NCBI GenBank assembly: GCA_037447605.1
Contig: CM074822.1
Location: 519,492 to 583,491, forward strand
DNA: 64,000 bases
From: Zygnema circumcarinatum SAG 698-1b
Taxonomy: Eukaryota; Plantae; Zygnematophyceae
Direction: 5' to 3'
Shown here: positions 23,805 to 38,969 of the stretch, piece after piece
How the letters are laid out: the number at the start of each line of letters is the position of its first letter
How positions within the stretch are numbered: the stretch's first letter is position 1
The notes under the pieces: model-generated
Database searches by the model: none
Told to the model about the DNA's origin: nothing
The model's input: only the letters and a program-made list of their open reading frames with translations
Position numbers and translations under genes: made by a program

Positions 23805-23886
23805 CACAGGTCGGACCATTGGATCTGCCAACCATTGGATCGGCAACCATTGGATACCAATGGTTGGCAGATCGAACGGCTGGCAA
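23805..23886. repeat. CCATTGG family, left-end fragment
   Basis: CACAGGTCGGACCATTGG followed by four CCATTGG/CCAATGG motifs. Confidence 0.6.
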
Positions 23887-23926
23887 CTCTCCGTACAACT
23901 TCTACTTCCGTACAATGATTTGATAT

Positions 23927-24818
23927 GGAAAATTCTATTCTCACACCTTTTTTGTCTGCACACAGACCTTTTTCCACCGGGCAGACTTTAAAATAGACAA
24001 AAAGGATTATTAGTGCAAAATGCTTTTTCACACGTTTTTGGAATCGATACACACCTTTTTCCTTCGGGCAGATTTTACCCCTTATTTTTTTTTTTTCAAA
24101 GAGAAAAATATCGGCCTGCCCGAATCCGCTCGGAGCGGAAGATCCGTCCGCCACGAAATCGTTCGCGGGTGGCCGTCCTTCGCACATGCAATGAATCTCC
24201 ACCGTCGATTCTCACGCTGAAGGCACCACGGCAGATCACCGTTCGATCAGCAGCCGGGCTCGGCCCCAGCGAATGGCACACACCCACCTGTCCCACCCAA
24301 GCCGGTTCAAATGTCCGTACAAACTCTGTACGGCCGCAGCTTCGAGGAAAGTCATTATTTCGTACATTGAGAGCCTGAATACGAATTTTTGACTTTCCAC
24401 AAAGATTCAGCCGTACCACGTTTTGTACGGACCTTTGAGCCGGCTTGGGTGGGACACGTGGGTGTGTGCCATTCGCTGGGACCGAGCCCAGGCTGCTGAT
24501 CGAACGGTGATCTGCCGTGGTGCGTTCTGCTGAGAATCGACGGCGAAGATTCATTGCATGTGCGCAGGACGGCCACCCGCGAACGATTTCCTGGCGGACG
24601 GATCTTCCGCTCCGAGCGGATTCGGGCATGCCGATATTTTTCTCTTTGAATAAAAAAAAAAGGGGGTAGAATCTGCCCGACGGAAAAAGGTGTGTATCGA
24701 TTCCAAAAAAAAGTGAAAAAGCATTTTGCATTATTACTCCTTTTCTGTCTATTTTAAAATCTGCCCGGCGAACAAAGGTCTGTGTGTAGACAAAAAAGGT
24801 GCGAGAATAGAATTTTCC
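23927..24818. mobile_element. Non-autonomous foldback element of the same MULE family
   Basis: About 397-bp inverted arms (23927-24323 vs 24422-24818) starting GGAAAATTCTATTC. Flanks TTTGATAT / TTCGATAT match at 7 of 8 bases and are a candidate decayed TSD. Confidence 0.85.
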
Positions 24819-26658
24819 TTCGATATATACCGTACCGTACGAATACCGTCAGGCCAGTACAGTAGGCCACCACCCCTGACGGTCCGTCCAGTGTACGCTG
24901 TACCGATGTGTCGTTTTGTGGGCTCCATAGACCTGTCTGAATGTTCCCTTACCCCTTTATGGCAGGAAAGATTCAACTACTGCCATGTGGCTCTCGTGGA
25001 TTGGGTGCCCAACCATAGGGCCAGGACCTCGCCGGATCTTTGAAGATTCGGTCGGCACAGTTCTGCTTTATAGCGCAGAGGTCAAAGATCTGGGAGCTCG
25101 GGTCTGTACAAAAGTCCAGTCAGGTCAAAATAGGTCAAGTCTGTGTTGGCGTTCCCATGTGTGGCCAATTGAATCTCGCCACCTGTCTACCGCATCCCAA
25201 CGCCAGCCAACCCGCCATAAGCGGATCTGATTTGGCTGGAAATTTTGATACTTATCAGGCGATGCTGAGTCATTTGGATGCACGTGGCGGTCGGCAATTG
25301 GCTGAAAGTAACTGAGAAATTTTAGGAATCTTTGTGAATCTTGAAGCCCTTCGTTTTGGCAGAGAGCGAGCGGTGCAGATCGAGCCAGCGGCTCCGACCA
25401 CTGCGAACTGTACTGATCCAGTACGGCCAAAAGCGACGCCACCTAACCGTACCTAAGGACAAACGACAGGCCTCTTCAAATAGGGGATTTCGGCTTAAGA
25501 TAGGGGACTGTCCCCTAACTTGGTTTTGTAAAAACACGTAAATATGGACTGTACGGACGAAACCGTGCACGTACGGACGTTCATCATTTCCCAACACTGC
25601 TACCATCGAGTCTGATTTTTCAGTAATTGGATGGGAGAAAGACGAGTTTCGAAAGAGGTTGACAGACTTTTCATTGGAAGGCATTCGTCACTGCAAACAG
25701 TTTGATAGTTTGACCGCTCTTCGAGGGTCTCTTTGAGTAGTTTGCATCACTTCTATACCTGTCTTGTTCAGCCTAAAAACTCATAAGGGAGTGAGAACAT
25801 TTTTCATTTCATTTCTAATTTTAGTTCCTATTTCAGTTTTTCTTTTGTGACTACACCTAGAATTTCAAAGGTTATGATTTGGAATAGAGTTTTTGTGAGG
25901 AAATTTCAAGACTATGATGGATTCTAAAGTGATACTTGGAGTAATTAATGATGGATGGAAAAGGAAATAGAGAGCTTAGGATTGAATCTACAAAGTTTCC
26001 GTGCAATTGGGTTTATGAATAAGCAACTATATGTTGTGATTGCCAAATGCACAGTTGTTCTAATTGATTGGTAAAATTTACCAATCTATAAGAGTCGAAG
26101 AGGTTGCACCAGTTTCTAAAGCCGTGTTGTTATACCAACAAGTAAAGTTCACATACATCATTGCTATCGTGGTTGCAAATGCAATTCATTTCCTTTTTGT
26201 TTTTAACCAAAAAAATGCTTTTTTGGGGCTTGTGTGGTATTTAAGTTGAAATCACGTAAACTAATCTCAAAATCTTACATAAATAAGCTATTTACGATAT
26301 TTAGGGGATCTCCCCTATTTGAAGAGGCCTGCCAAACGATGTCGACGTTTGGACTATGTAACGGCCGCCTTTAAGACGCCTCCAAGCATTGTACGGCCGG
26401 TACGGATCCCGCATTCTGAGAGAATATCCCGTACGGCCTTTGCCCCCGGTGTCGGGTGTACGAAAATCTAGCCTGGTAGGTCAACAAAAGGTCGGTTCGG
26501 GTAGGTCGGCTGTGTACGGCCTGACTGTTTCCATGGGGGAGAGGGTCATTCGTGCATGGGCGGAGCCATGCCATGGCATGGCATTGGCATGCCCCCATGC
26601 CATGATGCGCACATGCCATGCCAGTGCCATGCCATGCCATGCCATGGCATCACATCAG

Positions 26659-26689
<31 letters not shown>

Positions 26690-26783
26690 TCCTGGTGCCG
26701 TTGGAGGGCGGCAGCTTGGAAGGAACGGAGGGAGGCAGATGGGCAGTAAACGTTGGAGGGAGACAGGCGGGCAGGAGCAGGAT

Positions 26784-26818
26784 TTAGGGTTAGGGTTAGG
26801 GTTAGGGTTAGGGTTAGG
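26784..26818 (+). repeat. Interstitial (TTAGGG)5 tract upstream of the TPR/J gene
   Basis: Five perfect TTAGGG plus TTAGG. Confidence 0.85.
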
Positions 26819-29107
26819 AAGAGGGTGAGGGAGAGGGAGAGGGAAAGGGAGAGGAAGAGGGTGAGGGCGAGGGTGAGGGTGAGGGGGAGGAGGGAGCGGG
26901 AGAGGGGAGGAGGGAGAGGGAGAGGGGGAGGAGGAGAGAGAGGGAGAGGGAGAGCGGAGGAGGAGGGAGCGGGAGAGAGGAGGAGGAAGAGGGAGAGGGA
27001 GAGGAGGGAGAGNNNNNNNNNNAGAGAGGAAGAGGGAGAGGGAGAGGGAGAGGGAGAGAGGAAGAGGGAGAGGGAGAGGGAGAGGGAGAGGGAGAGGGGA
27101 AGAGGGAGAGGGAGAGGGAGAGGGTGAGGGAGAGGGTTAGACCATGGGGCGGGGGGAAGGGGAGGAGTCTGCTGTCTGAGAGCTACTGTCTGGTCCTTCT
27201 CTGCTTAGGGTTTGCAGGATGGAGAGAGAGGGAGGAGGGGCATTGGCGGCCATGGTGGCCTCGCAGGAGGCTGGAATGGTCGCTTTGACAGTGCTCGGCG
27301 GCGTGGCTGTCGCTGTGGGCTTGCTTGTAACGCTAGTCTACTTTATCCTCCTGCATCATCGAGAATCTAGAAAAGTAATTATTTGGAGCTCTCTTTCTTT
27401 CTCTATCTCTTTCTCTATCTCTCTCTCTCTCTTCCTTTCTCTCTCTCTCTCTCCCTCTCTCTCTCGCGCTCGCTCTCTCTCCCGCAAAGTGTTTGGAAGA
27501 TGTGAAGAGATTCAGAAGCGCTTTATCATTGACTGTCACGACACCAGAGTGATATTTGCATGAGCAGGCTAAAATGGTCTTTGGTTTATTTTTTTTTTCT
27601 CATTCGCCCGCGTGACTCAAGCGCATCACCCGAATGAATGTAAAAAAAGAAAATCTTTGTGGTCGAGAAAAGAAGCGACCTGAGCTTAATAACAGTGTGC
27701 ATGACAATCGAGAGCATGTTTAAGCCAAGCCACTGTACGGTCGTGTCGGGGGAGCCTGACCTAGCCGTGCTGTGGTTGACCATGTCGTAGTTTAAGCTTG
27801 CTCTGTTTAACCTTGCTGTAGGTAAAACAATTGTGTATTTAACCATACTGTAGTTGACCTCGCTGTAGTAAACCTTGCTGTAGCTAGCCTTGGTGTGACT
27901 AGTCAACCAATAGCTCACAGCTTAGATGACTCGGTCTAGTTGTCATGATTTCATTTTGAGGGGAGTTGTTGGCCAGCAAAGAAGCTCTTGACTTTACATG
28001 TTTACTTCAGTCTTGCGGAACTAAGCCTGAGCCGCTTCCATTGGGAAATAGCTAGCACATCTTAAACTCAATTAGGCTCATGCGTTCGTGCAATGAATTA
28101 CCACAGAAGCAGTAGTTTTATGAAAGAGATGGATTGTGTTCAAAACGGCAGAAGTTGTTTGGGCCCCTGTAAAGTGGAAACGACTGTGTTTTAGGACCAA
28201 AATTAGCTGATGTGCAGTGTGTTCTTGAGGTGGTCTTAAAGCAGTTTGTTCAGAAGGGGATGTGGGAGTACACGCTCAAAACTGTCTATAGAGTTGCAAT
28301 GCTTTTCAAAGCAAGATTAGAGCTTTGCCTGGCAGGCATGTGGTTTCACTGAAAGCATTATACATGGAACTCCCGTTTTTTATTCTCATTAAACTTTTTT
28401 GAAGTGACCTTCTCAGTCCGCCAACTCACATGCTGTTGTCTATCATCATCTTCCAGCGTGTAGAACTGTATGTGGAGGAAGCTCGAGCCCTTCTACGAAG
28501 TCAATCTGCAGATGATGTGGAGGTAGCTGTGGAGCTATTGAGCAAAGCGATTAGGTGCACACCCGCCTGGTGGGGACCTGCCCTTGTTGAGCTCAAGGCA
28601 CGTGCCCTTATGCGCCTTCAGCGCTATGAAGCAGTAGTGGAGCTTCTCCATGAATTCCTGCCTGTGCAGAATGGTCGAAGCAAGTCGCTGCTGGAAGGTG
28701 AGACAAAAGAAACTGAATTCAAAATGGAGACTTCTGATCATGATGGCCATGCATGCAAAGCTGAGTGTGCTGTTGGATGTTAGCCTCTCCCTCTCCCTCT
28801 CCCTCTCCCTCTTCCTCTCCCTCTCCCTCCCTGTTTGGATGTTAGTTTGTTTTGTTGTTTGTTTTTGTTTTTGTGGAAATTAATTGTTGTTTTTTGGTTA
28901 TTTATCGAGAGAGGAATGACGAGGAGGAAATGTGTGAATGCAGGTTGTTGGAGCCGAACGGACGAGCGGGAGGAAGAGGCTTTTTGGAAAAGTGTATTGT
29001 TGGGACAAGCCTGCTACCATTTGGGTCGTTTGGAGGAAGCCCTTTCCCTCCTGCAGTCTGCCAAGTCTCACTGTCGCAGTTTGACAAGGTATGCCACCTT
29101 GCAAGCT

Positions 29108-29219
29108 GGGAGGGGATAGATATGGAGGTAGTATTGGGAGGGGATAGATATGGAGGTAGTATTGGGAGGGGATAGATATGGAGGTAGTATTGGGAGGGGA
29201 TAGATATGGGGGTAGTATA
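29108..29219 (+). repeat. Intronic minisatellite, 4 x 28 bp
   Basis: Unit GGGAGGGGATAGATATGGAGGTAGTATT. Confidence 0.9.
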
Positions 29220-32200
29220 TGTTATGATTCTTCCGAGCTCCTTAGGTGAAGGCAAATTTGTTCTGAGAAAGGAGGCAGAATGGAGGAGGCGAAGAGAGGA
29301 GGGAGAAGAGAAGAAGAGAAGAGAAGAAGGAGAGAAGAAGGAGAGGAAGACGAGGAGAAGAGGAGGGGGGAAGGGGAGAAGAGAGGGAGGGGTGGGAGAG
29401 GGAAGGGAGGGAGGAGCGAGGAGAGGGAATGGAGAGGGATGGGCGAAGGAAAGGGAGCAAGAGAGAGGGGACGCAGAAAAGGACAATACCAAATCCCGAA
29501 TCTGCAAGAAACTCTAGCAATCCCAAAAGACCCATTAACCCTAGAAAGGAAGTAACCTGTCAAAATATACTTTCCTCGTTTTGAAAAGTGACTTGGGAAC
29601 TTACAAAAAAAACTGAATCATCCTATTGTCCTATTGTCCTATTGTCCTATTGACCTATACTCCAAATTTTCCTCTTGTTCTAAAGCGTGTTCTGGGTAAG
29701 GGATGTTCACAATAGGAAGGAAACTGCTCGCTTGAGCACAAAGCCCTGCTCTGAAGATAGCTTTGGAAGCTCTGAAGGAGGGAGCTATCCCATAGAAGCA
29801 GTGAACCGGCTTATGGCTGTTATCAAGTTTTTGGTGCGGAGGAGAGCAGCGGGAGAGGCGGCGTTTTCTGCAGGACTGTTCTATGAGGCAGTCCGCCAGT
29901 TTTCACGAGGTATGCGTTTTTCCTTCTCTCTCTCTCTCTGTCTCTCTCTCCCTCTCTCTCTCTTTCTCTCCCCCCCTCTCTCTCTCTCTCTGTCTCTCTC
30001 GCTCTCTCCCTCCCTCTCTCTCTCTCCCTCTCTCTCTCTCTGATCATTTGATGCACAAATTTGTACGTGAGCATGCACAGCATTCAAACTGCGAGACAAT
30101 TGCAAGACCCTAAAGGCTTGCTGAAGTTCAGAATCCGCGGTTTGATCTTCAAAATCCGTGGCTAAATGTGCATGCTTTGTCTACCTGTGGGTATGAATCT
30201 CATTCGTACTTTAGACCTTTCTTCTGAACTTGCTATTCAGACACAAACTCAGGGTTTTACAACTCTGAATCATTGTTTCTTCAATCATTTCTTTGCTGAT
30301 GCAGTTTTAGACTCAAGAAAGGGTACACCTCAAGCCCTTGCAGCTGCTCTCTACCTCAGACGAGCTGCTGCTTATGAAAAGCTTTCTCGCATTCCTGAAG
30401 CTATTGCTGATTACAACAGAGCAGCAGCCCTTGATCCCTTCAATATGGAAGCCCTTTGGAACAGAGCTGCTCTTTACAGTGCTGTGGGATGCCATAGTGA
30501 GAGTGCTTTGGACCTTCAGAAACTTCTCGAAATTGAGTCAACTCTTACTAACAGGACCTCTCAGCTAAATCGAGGTGGAGAGAATCGGTTACAGGCACCA
30601 CTGAGCAGTTTACAGGGGTGGTGGAAGGTGTTCGCACAACCCTGGTTTGACTCCTTTGTGAGAGGGGTTGCTGTGTTGGATTCTGGGCCATTCCTCTATC
30701 AAATACTTAAGATGGGAGAGTGGGCAGCAATCCATAGATTAGGGAAAATCAGGACAAGGGGTGGGAGGGGAGTATCCTCATCCTTAGGACAGAAAATTCA
30801 AATGCATAACCGTATAGGTGAAATAAAGACTCGTCTTTTACAGCTTGAGCAAATGCAGGAACAGAAGGGGGTAGAGGTCGACCATGGCAAAATTCTTGGG
30901 CTTCCCTCTCCGGGACGATCTCAGCCGTCCATTTCAGCGATTGAAACGGCTTATCGGGTAGCATTGCTTAAGCACGATCCTGAAAAGGCTGGTCAGTTTT
31001 TGGAACGTTGTGCTATTAGCGATCAAGAGAGAGTGGATGCAGCCAAAGTGACAGTTACTGTTGAGGGTGAGCGACTCCAACGGTTGGTAGAATCTGCACA
31101 TTCAGGAGCTATAAGGGCACTGTGGGGGCTGCGGGAGATGGAGGGAGAGAGAGACGAGAGAGAGGGGGAAGGGAGAGAGGGGGAAGGGAGAGAGGATGCA
31201 GTGCAGTCAATTGCAAGCTCTGTGGAGTCTGATGAGAGAGGGAAAGGGTTGAGGGAAGGAGGAGGGGACATGGAAACGAAGGAGTTGGGAGGAGAATGTA
31301 TGGTGAGGAGAGTTTCGGTTGATGATATTTGCCTTGAAGAGAAGAGTTTGAGGGTAGAGGAGGAGGCAAGTAGTAAAGACAGTGAGCTTATTACCAGTGG
31401 AGTGGAGAAAGCTTCTCTCAGTTTTGTGAAGGTTAAAAGACCAAGTAGGGTGAAAAAGGAGCTGTTTGCAAAGGTGGGGGTGGGGGGGAAAGATCAGGAA
31501 GGAAAGGATAAGCAGCGAAGGTGGAGACCGAAGGAGAAGGAGGGAGGGAGAGGGGATCAGGTGGAGAAGAAGGGGATTCGTGTACGGCTGAGTGGGAGGA
31601 GGAGGTTAGAGCAAGAGCAAGGGCCATTACAGGCAGGAGAATATGACAGTTTACTGAGAGGTCTCAGCCCTAGTAGACAGTTAGCAGGAGAGCTTGTGGA
31701 AGAGGCAGACTTTAGGGCTTTAGCCTCTTTAGATAATTTGCAATTAGAGCCCATGAGGGAGAGAGGGAGAGAAAAGGGGTTTTTGGGAAGAGGTTTGCGA
31801 GGGGTATTGTCGGTTGGAGGGGAGCCGAAGAGTGGAGACAAGGAAAGAAAGGAGTGGGTGAGGAAAAAGGAAGCATCGTCTACTAAGGAGAGATCGAAAG
31901 TGGAAGAGGTTGTAAAAGTTGCCGTTGTGAAGGAGCCGAAAAGGAAGGGAAGGAGACGAAGTGGGGGGGCTGTGGAGACTTTGAAAAGAATAATATTGGA
32001 AGCTCAGATGGAAGATAGAAAGGAGGAGAACAGTGAGGGAGTGAAGGCAGAGTCTCCTGTAGCTACCAATGAGGTAGTAGAGAGTGGGATTCAGAACAGT
32101 GAGGTAGTCAAACAGGGAGTAGTGGTTGGAAAGGAAGGCTGTGCTGAAGAAGAGGAGGAGAAGCAAAAGTCTTGGAAGTTGATTAAGAAGAAAGTGGGGG

Positions 32201-32749
32201 CTATAACCTCTTTAGGAAGAGTTCGAAAAGCAGTTTCAGGCCCTACTGAATCGAGTGGGTTGGAAGCATGGAGGCAGGAGGGAGAGGAGAGTGGTAGTCA
32301 ACAGGGAGGGTTTGTAGTAGCATTGGGATGTTTAGGAAGTGGGGGAAGTCCAAGCATTAGTCCTTCAGGGTTAAGAAAAGAGTCTCATTTTGGAAAGTTT
32401 GAGCGATCTCCTTCCGATTCGGGTGCAATGAAAACAAGGGTTGGGAAACTGGGTTTAACTCAGCCTTGGTTTTCTTCTCCCTCTATAAATGAAGGGGATG
32501 CAGCTGCTATTCCGGCCGGAATTAGGGTTCCTACCTCTGTAAGAATGCCGCTTGCAACATGGCCATTAAGTAGAGACGAGGAGAATGCTGCTGTCAGCCG
32601 TCGGATTGAGGTGAGCTCAATCTGCCTCTCTCTCTCATCTCCCCTCTCAGTGGAGCCTACAGATGGAGAGGGAGAGGGAGAGGGAGAGGGAGAGGGAGAG
32701 GGAGAGAGGGAGNNNNNNNNNNGAGAGGGGGAGAGGGGGAGAGGGGTCT

Positions 32750-35600
<2,851 letters not shown>

Positions 35601-36473
35601 AGGAAGAGGGAGGGAGTGGCAGTGGGAGAGGGAGAGGGAGGGAGAAGGAGAGGGAGAGGGGGTGAGAGAGGAAGAGGGGGGGGAGGGGGAGAGGGAGGGA
35701 GGGTGGAAGTGGGAGAGGAAGAGGGAGGGAGTGGGAGTGGGAGAGGGAGAGGGAGGGAGAGGGGGAGGGAGAGGGCGAGGGAGAGCGATAGGGAGTGGGA
35801 GAGGAAGAGGGGGGAGGGGAGAGGAAGAGGGGGAGGGGGAGAGGGAGGGGGTGGAAGTGAGAGAGGAAGAGGGAGGGGGAGGGGGAGAGGGAGGGGGGTG
35901 GAAGGAGAGAGGAAGAGGGGGGAGGGGGGAGAGGGAGGGGGAGGGGGAGAGGAAGAGGGGGGAGGGGGAGAGGGAGGGAGGGTGGAAGTGGGAGAGGAAG
36001 AGGGGGGAGGGGGAGAGGAGAGGGGAGGGGGAGGGGGGGGAGGGAGGGGGAAGGAGAGGGCAAGGCAGGTACTGGTGGTAGGGTTCAAACTGAGTCAATC
36101 GCCGTCGAATGCATCTTATCGCAATCAGAGAACAAGAGTGACAAATTTTCTCTTCCCAAAACAGAAAAAAACTAGACCCAAGAAGAACGCGTGAGAGGGA
36201 CGGGAAGCGGCCGGCGTGCAATGTATCGAGCCAAGTGGCGGGTCAGGATCCGTCATAAGATGCCACGTGGCCCGTGTCTCGCAGTAATCTACCCGCCGCG
36301 TGGCGACGACGTGACAAGCAACGATTGCTGTGAAATCTGGGCTGTGGTGGAACCCGACGTTTTTTCCGAATAAAAGGCGATATCCAACGTGGCACTTTAT
36401 TGACCGTTCGATGGATCTCCATCCTGACGCGGTCCTCCCTCTGCAGGAGGACAGCTCTGGGACCACGTGGTGA

Positions 36474-36640
36474 CTCCCCATTGGGCCACGTGGCCAATTT
36501 GGCCGCGTGGTGTCGTCCCATTAGGCCACCTGCTAGCCCTGAAGCCGCGTGGTGGCTCCCTTTGGGGCCACGTGACAGGCCTGCAGCCGCGTGATGTCTC
36601 CCCATTGGGCCACGTAGCTCTAGGAAGGTGTCCACGTCAA
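36474..36640 (+). repeat. Four degenerate 40-42-bp repeats, each with a G-box-like core and mostly a CCGCGTG box
   Basis: CCAC cores at 36486, 36526, 36568 and 36610. CCGCGTG at 36503, 36545 and 36587. ATTGG-N-CCACG at 36480 and 36604. Confidence 0.7.
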
Positions 36641-37451
36641 CTGTCACATGGCAACATGTCATTTGCTCTTCAGGGATTCGCTTAAAACCGAAACCCTTTC
36701 GATTGTGAGGCAAGAATTTTGTCTCTTTTTACATTTTGTCGTATTAGCACGCCTGATGCAGGAACAGATTTTTCAGATTTTTTTGGGCCGTACTAATACG
36801 ACAAACGTCACTATACGGAGATTCAGACTTTGGGAACTGCGCCTTTCTTGTCGTGTCACGGAACACGGGCTGAACTTTAATGCCACTCGTGTCAACGTTG
36901 GCAGGTCCAGACAAATTTGGTTTGTCGGATGCGGGAGGCTCGTACTTTTTAAGCCTCTTTCACATAATAGTCCGAGCAAAAGCAATGACGTCCTGCCACG
37001 TGTACGCGGGGTGGGGGAGCGGGGGCGTGTGGGGCCAAAAAAGGACTTCGGAATTTGGGATTTGATCTCTCGCGATGGCGATGGCATGAAATGGACAACA
37101 TGGCCAACAACAACACCAACAACATGGGGAAGGAACCACGAGGAATTGGTCACAACATTGACCTATTGACGAAAGTATGAAGCCATGAGTAAAACTTGCT
37201 TTTGGGCCCAACAACAACAACATGGAGAGAGGAACCACGAGGAAACGAGGGCACACACATTGTTGTCCTGTGGATGAAAGAATGAAGTCATGAGTGAAAT
37301 ACTTCCTTCTTGGCCCAACAACAACAAAGGCAAAAACGCGGCTCTAGAAGCAGGAAACCCGAAACTGGAAACTTCCGGAGAGCAGAAAAGAAACTAAAAA
37401 TGAAAAAAAATTCTGCACAAGGCGGACCAATGAATCAACTATTGAAATTTT

Positions 37452-37565
37452 ACCAACCATTGGCTCGCGACCCCAGCCAGCCATTGCCAATGGTTGTCAA
37501 CCATTGGTTGTCCAACCATTGCCATCCAATGGTTAATCCAATGGTTGGAGATCCCATGGTCCGAC
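37452..37565. repeat. CCATTGG family, right-end fragment
   Basis: CCATTG/CAATGG array ending CCCATGGTCCGAC. Confidence 0.6.
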
Positions 37566-38969
37566 TTAAAAACAGAAACCCTCCAAAACCGACAAAGGCA
37601 CAAGCGCGACTCGCAAAAGCACGAGGGACGCGCCAGACAAAACGACAAAATAACAGCGTGAGCCTGCCACGTGTCTACATTAGAGGCGGCGGCGGCGGCA
37701 CCGGGCGGCAGCAACTGTCGGAAGCATTATAAACGACAAAATTGGCATTGATTTAATGAACCCAGACAAAGACTCAAGGACAGAATCCCTCCCTCAAAAA
37801 GACAAATGTACTCCAAAAAATGTTCTATCCCGGGGAGGGCTCACCTCTAGTCGTGTCGTCTAGCGATTTGCGACAGTCAAAAGTTTGTCGTTATTATTCT
37901 CTGGATCCGACTATTTTGTTATCTTCTGTGAGATCCGCTCGAAAAATCAATTCCGAACCACCCAAGGCCCAGCTGCCACGTGTCCCGCCGACCGCGTGCC
38001 CGCCCGGAGGGGCCGGTCGTAACGGGGCGTCGAACCAAAATATCGACCAAATGTCGGTAGGATCCACTCCCAGGATCAACTCCATATTAACCAATCACCG
38101 ATGTGCGTCCCACATGCGGTTTCTCTTACAGCCAATAAAATACTTTCACGTGTTCCAGAATTTTGGCACCCCGCTGGAAGGGCTGACGTGGCGCGGACAC
38201 TTTTGGTCACTCGGGTCGCGCCGCGCCGCCCGCCGACAAGCGGAATTTGGCTCAGCGCGGGCTCCGACTGGCTGCGACGGTTTCGGTGGGCGACAGTTTG
38301 GGGGCGTGCGACGTTTGTGATTAGCTGGCGACTTTGTCGGTGCGGACGGGTCGGCTCGGCGGGGCTTACCGGTCCGATAGTAAATTGTGGGGGCAGGCGC
38401 CGGGCGGGTACGAGAGGGAGGGAGGGAGGGAGAGCGAGAGAGAGGAGCAAAGGAGGGAGGAAACAAGGGAGACAGAGAGAGAGAGATAGAGAGAGAGAGA
38501 GGAAGAGGGAGGGAGGGAGAGAGAGAGGAGCAAGGGAGGGAGAGAAAGGAGGAAACAAGGGAGACAGAGAGAGAGTGGGAGGAAGAAGGGAGGGAGGGAG
38601 AGAGAGGCAAGGGAGAGGGAAGGGAGAAAGGGAGGGAGAGGGGAGAAGAGGCCAGCGAGTGGAATATCGATCTGGATACAGATAACTGAGGGAGGGAGGT
38701 AGAGGATTCGAGAAGGACAGCGAAGGGGTAGGGAGGTGGAGCTAGCAGATCAGAGAGAGAGATTAGAAAGAGAGAAATATCCGAGAGAGAGATATAAGGT
38801 CAGGAAGAGGGAGAGAGAGAGAGTGGGGGAATAAGAGAGAGAGGGGGAGAGAGCGAGTGGGGTAAGCAGAGAGAGAGGGGGGGAGCGAGAGGGGGGAAGC
38901 AAAGAGAGAGAGGGGAAGAGAGAAAGAGGGGGAAGCAGAGAGGGAGGAGGAACCGGAAGCAGGCTCTCC

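Noticed and set aside
26303-26316. AGGGGATCTCCCCT mini-palindrome resembling a collapsed TA|GGGGG…CCCCC|TA MITE
   Set aside because: It is too short to distinguish from chance.
36070-36194. Alternative last exon of the TPR/J gene (VLVVGFKL…PKKNA)
   Set aside because: It is phase-compatible but has a purine-rich acceptor and no homology support. The nearer TTGCAG acceptor at 32885 was preferred, though neither is proven.
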